Positions 48,471 to 57,621 of a stretch of DNA of 64,000 nt are shown here, one piece after another; within the stretch, counting starts at the first letter, position 1, and the number at the start of each line of letters is the position of its first letter. A model generated the notes under the pieces. The model had not been told where the DNA came from. It was given only the letters and a program-made list of their open reading frames with translations, and did not search any database. The stretch spans positions 1 through 64,000 of the IMG/VR virus record IMGVR_UViG_3300041411_000178. One strand, 5' to 3'. The position numbers and the translations under genes were made by a program.

Positions 48471-49022
48471 GTGATCAGATTCGATGTCCTAAACTTAGGC
48501 AATAGCTTAGTAATGGAAAAGGACGACGCTCCCGCTGTCAGGGAGTCAATTGCTGTACGAATGCTTGAAGCCGTAGTAGAGATGATCAATCATCCAGCAC
48601 GGCAGGATAAACTTCTGGATCAACTGGGGAACGTTTACGAAGAACATTACGACATGCTGACACCAGATCTCGTGATGCTCAAAATCAGAGATCAGCTGCA
48701 AAAAGAAACAAAGCGTCGGTCATGGGATTCACGCCTTAAGCTGAAGGTTAGCTTTAAGAAAATTTCACACGGCTTCCACCAAGCTCATATTGAGATGGAT
48801 CTGGATGCTACGTTGAAAGCAAACGTCAAACCCAAGGTTACCCGTGTTAAGCGTGAGAAGGTAACCGGCGAAACCATCAGCGATAATCCAAGTCCGGAGG
48901 CGATCAATGAATTCCTTGAAACTGTTGAGCGTCGGAGTATTCGGCGAACTCCGCGGCTTTCAGATCGACAACCGACAGCTGTTAGAGAACCTTTTGAGCG
49001 AGATCTCTTCGCTCAGCAATGA
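48471..49022 (+). CDS. Hypothetical protein
   Basis: 183 aa, AAGGGG SD, GTG start. Confidence 0.65.
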   Translation: MIRFDVLNLGNSLVMEKDDAPAVRESIAVRMLEAVVEMINHPARQDKLLDQLGNVYEEHYDMLTPDLVMLKIRDQLQKETKRRSWDSRLKLKVSFKKISHGFHQAHIEMDLDATLKANVKPKVTRVKREKVTGETISDNPSPEAINEFLETVERRSIRRTPRLSDRQPTAVREPFERDLFAQQ

Positions 49023-49401
49023 TTACGTGCCCCATCTTTATAAGGAAATGGCTTGGGGTGTACTCGAGATGGGTATCCAGCAACTCATGTTCCTCAAGGG
49101 CAAGAATCTTTACGACTGTCGCTACAATCAGAAGGCCGCACGTTGTTACCTGTATGAAGACCACCTGGAAGTTGAACTGGACAAGATCATGTCCCACATC
49201 ACCAGCCAGATGGGTAACGCAACCAATAAAACGTCACCGGATCATCCTTTTGTATACCAGATCCTAGCAAACGGCGATTTGTTGGTGTACATGGACGTCA
49301 GAGACTATGAACCCTTGGTAACTGACACCATTGAAGAGGAGTGCGGTGATGAGCAAGACATTTGGCTTGGCCCTGGGCTGCATTCCGATAGCCTTTGGTA
49401 A
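48907..49401 (+). CDS. Hypothetical protein
   Basis: GGAGG SD before ATG 48907; overlaps both neighbours. Confidence 0.6.
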   Translation: MNSLKLLSVGVFGELRGFQIDNRQLLENLLSEISSLSNDYVPHLYKEMAWGVLEMGIQQLMFLKGKNLYDCRYNQKAARCYLYEDHLEVELDKIMSHITSQMGNATNKTSPDHPFVYQILANGDLLVYMDVRDYEPLVTDTIEEECGDEQDIWLGPGLHSDSLW

Positions 49402-49717
49402 CCGTGGCTTTCACACCAATGAAATCACGAACCTGGTCACACTGTTAATGGGCGTGTGTCGGTTCAATGAAGAACCTTATATACCAGGCGTCATTGCGGA
49501 GTTCATTCGCACCGAAATGGATTTGGATCCGTTACACGCACAGATCCTTATCCTTGACGCCTTAGGTGAATTGGTGGAAATAGGCATGCAGTTCAGACGG
49601 GTCGCTGCTACTGGCTTCCTGCAACGCTACGTGGTACACCCTCACATTATTTTGCTGGAAGTTGACGATGACTACCAAAACCATTACGCACACAGTGATG
49701 CTGCCGCCAAACACTGA
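49349..49717 (+). CDS. Hypothetical protein
   Basis: GAGGAG SD before ATG 49349. Confidence 0.65.
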   Translation: MSKTFGLALGCIPIAFGNRGFHTNEITNLVTLLMGVCRFNEEPYIPGVIAEFIRTEMDLDPLHAQILILDALGELVEIGMQFRRVAATGFLQRYVVHPHIILLEVDDDYQNHYAHSDAAAKH

Positions 49718-49979
49718 TGTTCCGCAGTTCATCGGTGTGCACCGCAACCTTATGGATTCAATGCAAATTCCGCACACGCTGGATTTCTTCGATTCCACGG
49801 AAGCCTTCACTCACCCGATCGAGGAATGCCAGAAGCAGCTGACCACGGGATTCTTTGAATTCTTCCGTCAGCTGCAAGATCTGAAGAACCTCTACGGGTC
49901 GGTGCAATGTACCAACGCTACGGTGGGTAACAGCACGGTCACCTTTGTGTTTACCTACCAGGATTTGACCTCTGCATAA
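49668..49979 (+). CDS. Hypothetical protein
   Basis: About 103 aa, within the cluster. Confidence 0.6.
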   Translation: MTTKTITHTVMLPPNTDVPQFIGVHRNLMDSMQIPHTLDFFDSTEAFTHPIEECQKQLTTGFFEFFRQLQDLKNLYGSVQCTNATVGNSTVTFVFTYQDLTSA

Positions 49980-49989
49980 AGAGAACATC

Positions 49990-50349
49990 ATGTGGAAACG
50001 CATCCTGCCTATTGACTACGAAGAATTAGCTGATCACTTGTTGAGCAGCTATGCAATGGATTGCAAGGACTGGCCTGCTGAACCGTTTGATTTTCAAATG
50101 GCCAAGAACGTCCTGATCGATCATGTGGAAGCTATCATGGAAGATGGCGAGTGTTGCGCGGATGACAATCTTACTGACTTGTTGTTCAAAAACCACATCC
50201 ATGGCTCGGTCAAGAATATCCATGTTACAAGCTTGCCTGGGACGGTTGTGTTTCGAGACGGACATTCTTTGAAGCTTCCGTTGGTTATTATTGAACTCGA
50301 AATGCAAGGAGACCTCCCATATGGCAACCCCGAATCCTTCACGTGGTGA
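49990..50349 (+). CDS. Hypothetical protein
   Basis: 119 aa, within the cluster. Confidence 0.6.
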   Translation: MWKRILPIDYEELADHLLSSYAMDCKDWPAEPFDFQMAKNVLIDHVEAIMEDGECCADDNLTDLLFKNHIHGSVKNIHVTSLPGTVVFRDGHSLKLPLVIIELEMQGDLPYGNPESFTW

Positions 50350-50734
50350 CATTGTTTCATTTCAGCTGGTAAAGAACGGTATCAACGGGGGTGATCGCGT
50401 CGATGTGAAGGTCGACGGCATCCTCCAGTATGCCACGGCTCGATTGGTTGACCCGCAGTTGGCCATCAAGCACAAGAACCTGTTCCCGTACTTCAAGGAC
50501 AAGGTCGGTAACGTCGACGATCCAAACGCCTATGGTTACCTGGCGTTGATCGGGCGTAACGACAAGCTGGAAATCGTCGGGATCCCTTGGATCAACGATT
50601 CGACCTTCCAGTTGATCGACGGCCGCAATGCGAACATGATGATCAACAACTGGCGTGAAGACTTCAGAGCTCCCCTGGAAACCTTCATGCAGAGCATTGG
50701 CGCTACGTACACCCTCACGGTGTTCGATAAGTAA
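50321..50734 (+). CDS. Conserved jumbo-phage protein
   Basis: AAGGAG SD before ATG 50321; GIPWI motif; biased codons; followed by a terminator. Confidence 0.7.
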   Translation: MATPNPSRGDIVSFQLVKNGINGGDRVDVKVDGILQYATARLVDPQLAIKHKNLFPYFKDKVGNVDDPNAYGYLALIGRNDKLEIVGIPWINDSTFQLIDGRNANMMINNWREDFRAPLETFMQSIGATYTLTVFDK

Positions 50735-50745
50735 GAATGATCTGT

Positions 50746-50795
50746 CACTACATTCCTCATCAATAGGGGAGTGTAGTGGCCCATTTTCTTTTTTG
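50746..50795 (+). terminator. Intrinsic terminator
   Basis: CACTACATTCCTC...GGGGAGTGTAGTG plus T-rich tract. Confidence 0.65.
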
Positions 50796-50849
50796 CGATC
50801 TGTCTTTTTCTTTTATGTCCAATTTGACTTTTCACCGAGTAATAAACCG

Positions 50850-52934
50850 ATGACTGCTGCGGCTCAACATCTGTCTCCCTTCTTGGAAGAGGAGTATGTA
50901 CCTAACCGCAACTTGCTCCAGAACTACCACTACATGGCAGCGGCGTACCTGACGTCGATCTACAAGTGGGATTACAAGACAGTACTGGAGCTGGTTGAGA
51001 AAGTATTCGTACCGAATCAGAATGGCTATAAGGAAGCCAAGTTCAAGGTATTCAAGAAGAACAAGTACGGCGACCGTGTTCCGGATATCATGCCGGCTCG
51101 TGAGTTCTTCCAGACGGTCAAAGATAACAACTGGCATCTGTCACCTTCGTTTGTTGCGTATACGCACACCAACCAGGAACAGTCGATTAACTCGATTGGT
51201 ACTGAAACCTTTATTGAATTCCGTCGTCTTTACAAAGGCAAGATGAAAGGCGCCTTGGCGGTAGGTGATAAAGAAGCAGCACAAGCGTTTGACGAAATCC
51301 AGAAGGCTCTCAAGATCTTTAACAACGCCCAGTCTGGTGCGATGTCGTCTTCGGGTACTCCGCTGAACAACAAGTCGGGTCACACCACACTGACCTCGAT
51401 CTGCCGTTCCCTGACCTCCGTCGCCAACCTGATGAACGAGCGACTGATTACAGGTAACCGGTTGCTACTCAGTTACAACAAGTCCATGGAACTGTTTATC
51501 AGTACCCTGGCATTTGCGAAGCGTGACAAGATCCAGGCGGTCATCGATAAGTACCAGATGAACTACGCCACTGTGGACCAGGTCATGGACATGGTGAAAC
51601 GTTGCTCCGCGTATTACTGGAACAACAAGACACAGTTGGGTGCTATCCGTGAGTTCATGAGTGGGCTGTCTCCGCTGGAACTGACCATCATCCTCTGCAC
51701 CATGGACCTTCGCGGTCTGTACACCACCAACAAAGAAGTCATCAAGCGATTCTTCGATGAATGGTGCAAAGTTCCTGAGATGCCTGCGTCGTTTGAAAAC
51801 GTTACCACCATCAAGGCGGCTAACGACGACTACAAGACGCTCTGTATTACCAAGCTGGGTAAGAAGGCCACGCCTGAGCAATCAGCGTACCTGAACGCTT
51901 ACCACGTTAGCCTGGAAGTTAAATGGAAGGACTTCATTGAAGCTTTCTTGAAGGCCGACATTCCGCCGTCGGGTGTATTCAGTGTTAAGGAATTGGTACG
52001 TGAAAACGTAGTGACCTCCGACACTGACTCGATGATCTATTCGGTTGATGCGATCATTGACGACTACATCACCGACAAGGAAGATGTGCTGGCGTTCAAC
52101 GGGGTACTGACGTACTTCATTCGCTGTATCGCTGTAGACCAGCATGCGCGCCTCAGTGTCAACATGAACGTGGCTCGTAAGTATCGTCATCGTCTGAACA
52201 TGAAGAACGAGTACTTGTTCAGTGCTTACTTCACCACGTCGATGTCCAAGCACTATTACGCATTGCAGCTGATGTTGGAGGGTATTCTTTACGACGACCC
52301 TAAACTGGAACTGAAGGGTGTGCATCTCAGGGGTATCAAGATTGCACTCAAGGTTCGGGAGTTCACCAACAAGCTCATGCGGGATTCGTTGGATGCGCTC
52401 TACAACGGCAAGCAAATGGATGCACCAGCTTTGTTGAAAGCAGTGGGTGATCTGGAACGCTTGTTGTTCGAAGAACTGGAGAGCGGTGGTTGGAGCTGGT
52501 TGACCAAGAACGGCATCAAGGAAGAAAGCGCATACAGCAACGCTGACTCATCGATCTACTTCTACCACGAGATGTGGAAGCAGGTGTTTGCCGATACCTA
52601 TGGCGACGCACCAGAGCTGCCGTACCGTGCGTACAAGGTCAACGTCACACTGGATAACAAGACCAAGGTCAAGAAGTTTACTGAGACCTATGGTGAGAGT
52701 GATGTTGTGAAAAAGATGATGGAGTACATCGAGGCTCGTGGTTCTTTGACTGCGATCTATGTTCCGATTGACATGATTGAAAGTATTGGTGGTATCCCGA
52801 AAGAGATCCTGCCGATTGTCGATACACGCTCGTTGATTGCACAGAACTATAAGTCCATTTACGCGATCCTCGAATCGTTGGGCTTGTACATCATGAACGC
52901 TAAAGTGACTCGGTTGGTATCGGACGAGCATTGA
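50850..52934 (+). CDS. Family B DNA polymerase, polymerase subunit of the split phiKZ-type enzyme
   Basis: KIFNNAQSG (motif B), SDTDS (motif C), KHYYA, ELKGV; no exonuclease domain; start ATG 50850. Confidence 0.85.
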   Translation: MTAAAQHLSPFLEEEYVPNRNLLQNYHYMAAAYLTSIYKWDYKTVLELVEKVFVPNQNGYKEAKFKVFKKNKYGDRVPDIMPAREFFQTVKDNNWHLSPSFVAYTHTNQEQSINSIGTETFIEFRRLYKGKMKGALAVGDKEAAQAFDEIQKALKIFNNAQSGAMSSSGTPLNNKSGHTTLTSICRSLTSVANLMNERLITGNRLLLSYNKSMELFISTLAFAKRDKIQAVIDKYQMNYATVDQVMDMVKRCSAYYWNNKTQLGAIREFMSGLSPLELTIILCTMDLRGLYTTNKEVIKRFFDEWCKVPEMPASFENVTTIKAANDDYKTLCITKLGKKATPEQSAYLNAYHVSLEVKWKDFIEAFLKADIPPSGVFSVKELVRENVVTSDTDSMIYSVDAIIDDYITDKEDVLAFNGVLTYFIRCIAVDQHARLSVNMNVARKYRHRLNMKNEYLFSAYFTTSMSKHYYALQLMLEGILYDDPKLELKGVHLRGIKIALKVREFTNKLMRDSLDALYNGKQMDAPALLKAVGDLERLLFEELESGGWSWLTKNGIKEESAYSNADSSIYFYHEMWKQVFADTYGDAPELPYRAYKVNVTLDNKTKVKKFTETYGESDVVKKMMEYIEARGSLTAIYVPIDMIESIGGIPKEILPIVDTRSLIAQNYKSIYAILESLGLYIMNAKVTRLVSDEH

Positions 52935-52943
52935 GGAGTAATA

Positions 52944-53300
52944 ATGATCACAATCAAAAAAGGCCCGCACGGGTACTATACGGACGAACCTAAGTATACC
53001 AATGATGGGTTTGGTGATCCTATCATCGACGAAACTTTTGACAGGACCAGTGTGGTACTGACGGTTGGATTTAACCAACCAGGTTGTCGGTTACCGTTGG
53101 TAGGTTACACCGTCATGTACGTAACCGATATCAATGGTCGTGAGTGTCGGGTTGTCTGCAACAAAGACAATGAAATCGAGAAGATCAGCATTGGCAACGA
53201 ACTGATCACTTCTCTTGATGTGGATGACAATAACGGTTTCTGGTTTCTGGTGAGCGGTATTCCCAAGCAGACAAGCATTGAGGCAATACATGCGAAATAA
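52944..53300 (+). CDS. Hypothetical protein
   Basis: GAGGAG SD. Confidence 0.7.
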   Translation: MITIKKGPHGYYTDEPKYTNDGFGDPIIDETFDRTSVVLTVGFNQPGCRLPLVGYTVMYVTDINGRECRVVCNKDNEIEKISIGNELITSLDVDDNNGFWFLVSGIPKQTSIEAIHAK

Positions 53301-53646
53301 CAAGATGGGACTCATGCATGACCCCGCTAAAGGGGTCTACCTCTTCAGGCATCCGCCGAGTCAACTCGTGTTCGCTATTGAGGGTAACCGCCCGGAAGCT
53401 TACCTGAAAGACTGTGTGGCTTTCCCAGACCGTGAGGATGTGGACCCCACTAACTATCAGGTGGTGCTTGAAGACTTCAAGGTTGTGACCCGATACCAGT
53501 TCGATGAGTTTGTGCTCTATCCTGAATGTCCTGGGCAAATGGAGAAGCTGTTGACGTTCATTCGTGAACAGACCTGCTTCGAAGAACCACGGATCGTTAT
53601 TTCCGAGTCGATGTTTAAACACATCTACGGAATGGACAGAGCGTAA
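53290..53646 (+). CDS. Hypothetical protein
   Basis: GAGG SD; TAATG coupling to the next gene. Confidence 0.65.
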   Translation: MRNNKMGLMHDPAKGVYLFRHPPSQLVFAIEGNRPEAYLKDCVAFPDREDVDPTNYQVVLEDFKVVTRYQFDEFVLYPECPGQMEKLLTFIREQTCFEEPRIVISESMFKHIYGMDRA

Positions 53647-53948
53647 TGGGTACCGTACATTACTTACCAACCCCTCAGAATAGGAATCATCAAGAACGCC
53701 GGCTGAGCGAACTTCAGTTCCGAACGGCGGTACTGGGTAGCCGTTTAGGCAGCTATACCGACGCTACAGCAAGTCTGATGAAAGCGCGGGACGAACTGGA
53801 CAAGTGGTATGGGTTCTTTGGTCCCGTGCTGCGTTTCTTAAATCCGACACAGCACATGTTGGCTGTAGAGAAGCTCGCCAGGGCAGAGCACAAACAGCGG
53901 GAAGCTTACAGGGACTTTGTAAAAGCCAGAAACAAGTTGCACGAATAA
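53646..53948 (+). CDS. Hypothetical basic helical protein
   Basis: 100 aa, followed by a terminator. Confidence 0.6.
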   Translation: MGTVHYLPTPQNRNHQERRLSELQFRTAVLGSRLGSYTDATASLMKARDELDKWYGFFGPVLRFLNPTQHMLAVEKLARAEHKQREAYRDFVKARNKLHE

Positions 53949-53963
53949 AGATATAACTCGACC

Positions 53964-54010
53964 TACTCCTACCAGCCCCGCAAAGGGCTGGTAGGAGTAT
54001 AGTCTTTTTG
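53964..54010. terminator. Bidirectional terminator, 15-bp perfect stem
   Basis: TACTCCTACCAGCCC-CGCAAA-GGGCTGGTAGGAGTA. Confidence 0.85.
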
Positions 54011-54089
54011 CTATTTTTAAGATTTTTGAATGAAATATGGGAGCACTTCGTCGGTTGGACCGTTAAGTCTCCTCCCGTACAATGAAAAA

Positions 54090-55193
54090 TCAACGAAAGT
54101 TGATGTCATTGAGTACTTTCACTTCTTCCAGCAAATCACTCAGATGCTTCCTGAAAAACACTTCGGGGATGTTCTTCTGGCGGTAGGCAATTTGGCGATA
54201 CAGTCGGTCGATGTCAGCATTGATGTCCGCACACTTATACTTCATGCGGTTACCAATCGACAGGTAGATCGCACACACTTTCAGGTAAGCCGGTTCAAAG
54301 GCCCAACCCGTCTGCGCATACAGCGCCTGGTCATGCGGGTCAACGTAGTTCGTGTAGGGCTTGCGGTACAGACTGTCAATCTGCTTAAGCATCATCCACA
54401 CGTCCTGTAACCGACGACCGGTCAACACATCTATAAGGAAGAGCATGTAGTTCTTGAACAGCTTCTCTTCATTCAACGTGGTGAACTTCACCGACTCGCT
54501 ACGCAGCAGGTCATTGAGATCTTGTTCCTTTACGAAGAACTCGTAAAGGATGTTGATGACTGCTAACTGGTTCTGGTACAGCGTGGCGTGGTACAGTGGG
54601 TACATGCAGACGTAGGAGGCAGGACCCGTATTGACTTCCCGCTTCTCACGCATGAACAACCACCAGCCAACTGCCAGAGCTACCATGTCCAAACCAATGA
54701 TCGCAACATCCTTAATGTCATTGCTAATGGTCTGGCTCTTTTCAACAGTATGTTTGTACCCCCGATCCAATACTGTTGAGTATAGCGGGATCACCGCTCG
54801 CAGGTCTTCCAGCTTCAGGGTGTTTTCATCTAAGTTGGTTAAGCCATCCAGTAGAACCCAGTGCTCTCGGACATTGCGACGATAGAACCCATCGGCCTCT
54901 GCAAAGCCAATACGGTTGATCGAAGTGATGTGGAAGATCGTGCACAGTGAATTAGCACGGAAGCGTGTATTATCTACAACCTCCTGCAAGGTCCATGCGG
55001 GATCGATCATCAGGTGGTGGAGAAGACCCACCAGTTTGTTCTGGTCTTCGAGGTGGAAGGAAGAACGATCCACGTAGGCTCGGTAGTCCTTTCGGTTGAA
55101 CTCGGTTACACGGTGTAGATTCCCCAAGTCACTGAAATTGCTACGGGGATACTTCCGGCTGATATCCTCAGCAGGATACGTAAAGATAGTCAT
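54090..55193 (-). CDS. Conserved jumbo-phage protein divergent from chimallin
   Basis: 367 aa; synteny with phiKZ-like phages. Confidence 0.7.
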   Translation of the reverse strand: MTIFTYPAEDISRKYPRSNFSDLGNLHRVTEFNRKDYRAYVDRSSFHLEDQNKLVGLLHHLMIDPAWTLQEVVDNTRFRANSLCTIFHITSINRIGFAEADGFYRRNVREHWVLLDGLTNLDENTLKLEDLRAVIPLYSTVLDRGYKHTVEKSQTISNDIKDVAIIGLDMVALAVGWWLFMREKREVNTGPASYVCMYPLYHATLYQNQLAVINILYEFFVKEQDLNDLLRSESVKFTTLNEEKLFKNYMLFLIDVLTGRRLQDVWMMLKQIDSLYRKPYTNYVDPHDQALYAQTGWAFEPAYLKVCAIYLSIGNRMKYKCADINADIDRLYRQIAYRQKNIPEVFFRKHLSDLLEEVKVLNDINFR

Positions 55194-55397
55194 AGGGGGG
55201 CTGTCCGAAACAAATGATGGGGATGTAGAAATAAAGTGTTACTGTAATTCCCTATCTTATGTGAACAAGTCACATCGGGAGAAGATCTCCCATTGGGGAC
55301 CATTGCGCAATTCTGGGATTTGTGATGCAGTATTGAATACGCTTACTCTATATCATCCCTGCTGAAAAGTGGGGTGATTTTGGTTGGGGTAAGAATA

Positions 55398-55414
55398 TTT
55401 CAGGCCTACATTAC
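55398..55414 (+). promoter_or_regulatory. Early promoter of chimallin
   Basis: TTTCAGGCCTACATTAC; shares upstream AGAATA with the 19619 copy. Confidence 0.85.
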
Positions 55415-55499
55415 TTATGGGATTAGTAATACGAATGTTCCACATCCGTAAAGATAATCCTGCTATAGCAAACTATCTTCGTACACAAGGAATAAATCC

Positions 55500-57518
55500 A
55501 TGACTCTGAATACCGGTTCCGAAAGCACTTCCTGGAACGAAAACGAAAAGCCTACCAACGCTAACCAGGCTCCAGGCGCTCCGGGCACCATGGCTCCTCT
55601 GGATGGTCTTGCTGGTCTGCTCCGTCTGCCGTCCATGACGTCCGACAACCGTAACCTCAAAGAGGTTGCTGAATGCGTCGAGAAACTCGAGGCCATTTAC
55701 GAATCCGCCAAGAAGTCGACCACCAACGAACTGCAACGCCGCATCGTTCCGACCGTCGAAAGCCTCACCCCGGCCATCTCGGCCCAACTGCCAGGCGTCG
55801 GCCTGTACGTTGTCTTCGACGGCACCATGTACGTCATGGCTGCGCTGTTCTACAACCGCACCCTGTCCATCGGCGTCGAGCGCATCACCGTCAACGCCAA
55901 CAACATCATGCAGCAAATGTCGGCGCCGCTGACTCCAGCCCAGTACCCGAACAACGTGTTCCTGGAAAAGCTGACTTCCCACTACACCAAAGTGGCCGAA
56001 GGTCAAGGCGTGAAGAACGTCAGCGTGATCAACATGATCGTCGTCGACCTGGAAATGCTGGGCCATCCGGAAGCCGGCGATCCGAAAGACTACGCTCACC
56101 GTCAGGCGAACTACATCGCCTCCGAGTGGGAAGAAGCGATCATGGTCAAGACCGTGCGCGAAATCGTTGCCAAGGGTTATCAGATCCCTGCTCCGTTCGC
56201 CACTCCTGATCAGCCGTACGGCAAAGACGGTTGCGCTGAAGCACGCGTCAACGCCATCAGCTTCCGTACCTCCAAGGCCGGCACTCTGACCGCGGACAAC
56301 ATGGAAGTGATCGTTTCGACGATCAACAACAACAACCAGAACAGCGGCAACTTCCAGGCGAACTCGAAAGAGATCATCCGGGCTACCGCAGCTGTCAGCC
56401 TGAACGGCGTGTCGTGGGAAGACCACCAGCGTTTCATGATGTCGCACCGCTCGCAAGAGCAAATGAACGCGCTGCAACAGTTCCTCGGCAACCAAATGGG
56501 CATGGGTGTTTACCCACAGGGCTTCAAACCTCTGCGTCCAGTGATCACTGTCGGTACCGTTCAAGCCGGCGAGCAACTCTGCAACAACGGCGGTCTGTTC
56601 CCGTTCTTCACCGGCCTGTACGCGCTGATGGCGACGAACAACCAGTACGTCTGGTCCGAAGCTCTGCGCCGTCATAGCGTTGGTGCTCGCGGTAACCTGG
56701 CCGACCTGGAAACCCGTGTTGACCAAATGGTTAGCCAGATCCCTGGTGGCTTCCAGAACCCGCAACGTATCCGTCTCGACGAGAAGAAGATGTCGGACAC
56801 CGAGCTGGTCAACAACTGGATCCGTCAGAACGTTTCCCCGCATGCGACTTTCCAGATCAACCTGATCCCGGCCGGTCCGAACGCGTCGATCAACAACTTC
56901 TTCTTCCAACTGGCCAAGGTCGGTCAGAACGCAGCAGAAATCAAAGTTGTTATCTCGCTCATCGACAGCATGACCAAGGGCGCGTTCTCGGAAATCATCC
57001 GTGCCAACGCCACCTCGCAACAAGGCTGGGTACCGTCCAAGCCAGTGCTGATCCCGACTGGCATGATCGCTGTAAACGGCCTGGCCGAATACGCCGGTCG
57101 CAAGTTCAACACCCAGGAACTGGACGAGATGATGATCTCGCACATCAAGGGCCCGAAAGGTCAGCTCGCAGCCGAAAGCCTGCTGTCGACCATGTACGGC
57201 ACCATCCAGGGCGAAGAGTTCAAGCAACGTGCTCAGAAGCTGCGCGTGGAAACCAGCTCGTCGCTGTTCGACGGTCAGGTTCACATCAACGGCTGGGCTC
57301 AGCCTCACATCTGGGCGCCTGACTTCATGGCTGCCATGTCGAAAGCCATGGACTCCATCGGTCAGCTGAACGTTGCCAACAACCTGGGCAGCTGGCGCAA
57401 CACCAGCCTGGCTTCGACGCCGGGTATCGGTCTGGCTACCCTCGTGGGTGCTGGCTCGAACAACGCCACCGGCAACGGTCTCGGCGTTGCTTACAACATG
57501 AACATGCCATTCATGTAA
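55500..57518 (+). CDS. chmA: Chimallin, phage nuclear shell protein
   Basis: 672 aa; directly upstream of nvRNAP beta'; early promoter; extreme codon bias; C-terminal half pattern (TFQINL..AG, PVL.PTG, GQVHING....APDF..A) resembles chimallin as I recall it. Confidence 0.85.
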   Translation: MTLNTGSESTSWNENEKPTNANQAPGAPGTMAPLDGLAGLLRLPSMTSDNRNLKEVAECVEKLEAIYESAKKSTTNELQRRIVPTVESLTPAISAQLPGVGLYVVFDGTMYVMAALFYNRTLSIGVERITVNANNIMQQMSAPLTPAQYPNNVFLEKLTSHYTKVAEGQGVKNVSVINMIVVDLEMLGHPEAGDPKDYAHRQANYIASEWEEAIMVKTVREIVAKGYQIPAPFATPDQPYGKDGCAEARVNAISFRTSKAGTLTADNMEVIVSTINNNNQNSGNFQANSKEIIRATAAVSLNGVSWEDHQRFMMSHRSQEQMNALQQFLGNQMGMGVYPQGFKPLRPVITVGTVQAGEQLCNNGGLFPFFTGLYALMATNNQYVWSEALRRHSVGARGNLADLETRVDQMVSQIPGGFQNPQRIRLDEKKMSDTELVNNWIRQNVSPHATFQINLIPAGPNASINNFFFQLAKVGQNAAEIKVVISLIDSMTKGAFSEIIRANATSQQGWVPSKPVLIPTGMIAVNGLAEYAGRKFNTQELDEMMISHIKGPKGQLAAESLLSTMYGTIQGEEFKQRAQKLRVETSSSLFDGQVHINGWAQPHIWAPDFMAAMSKAMDSIGQLNVANNLGSWRNTSLASTPGIGLATLVGAGSNNATGNGLGVAYNMNMPFM

Positions 57519-57550
57519 GTGTCGTAAGTGTTGTAGCCTGCAATGGATTG

Positions 57551-57610
57551 GTGGGCGAGAGGGGTAACACCCTCTCGCTTGCTGATCTCTTTTTTCTGTT
57601 TTATCTTTTT
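57551..57610 (+). terminator. Terminator after chimallin
   Basis: GTGGGCGAGAGGG...CCCTCTCGCTTGC plus T-rich tract. Confidence 0.8.
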
Positions 57611-57621
57611 TGGAGTCGGCC

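Noticed and set aside
50655-50849. N-terminal extension of the DNA polymerase
   Set aside because: Overlaps the upstream gene and its terminator; ATG 50850 is the plausible start
53657-53666. TACATTAC promoter-core match
   Set aside because: Inside a coding region and lacks the upstream TTTCARG element
55262-55330. tRNA gene
   Set aside because: No T-loop GTTCRA, D-loop or 7-bp acceptor stem with CCA
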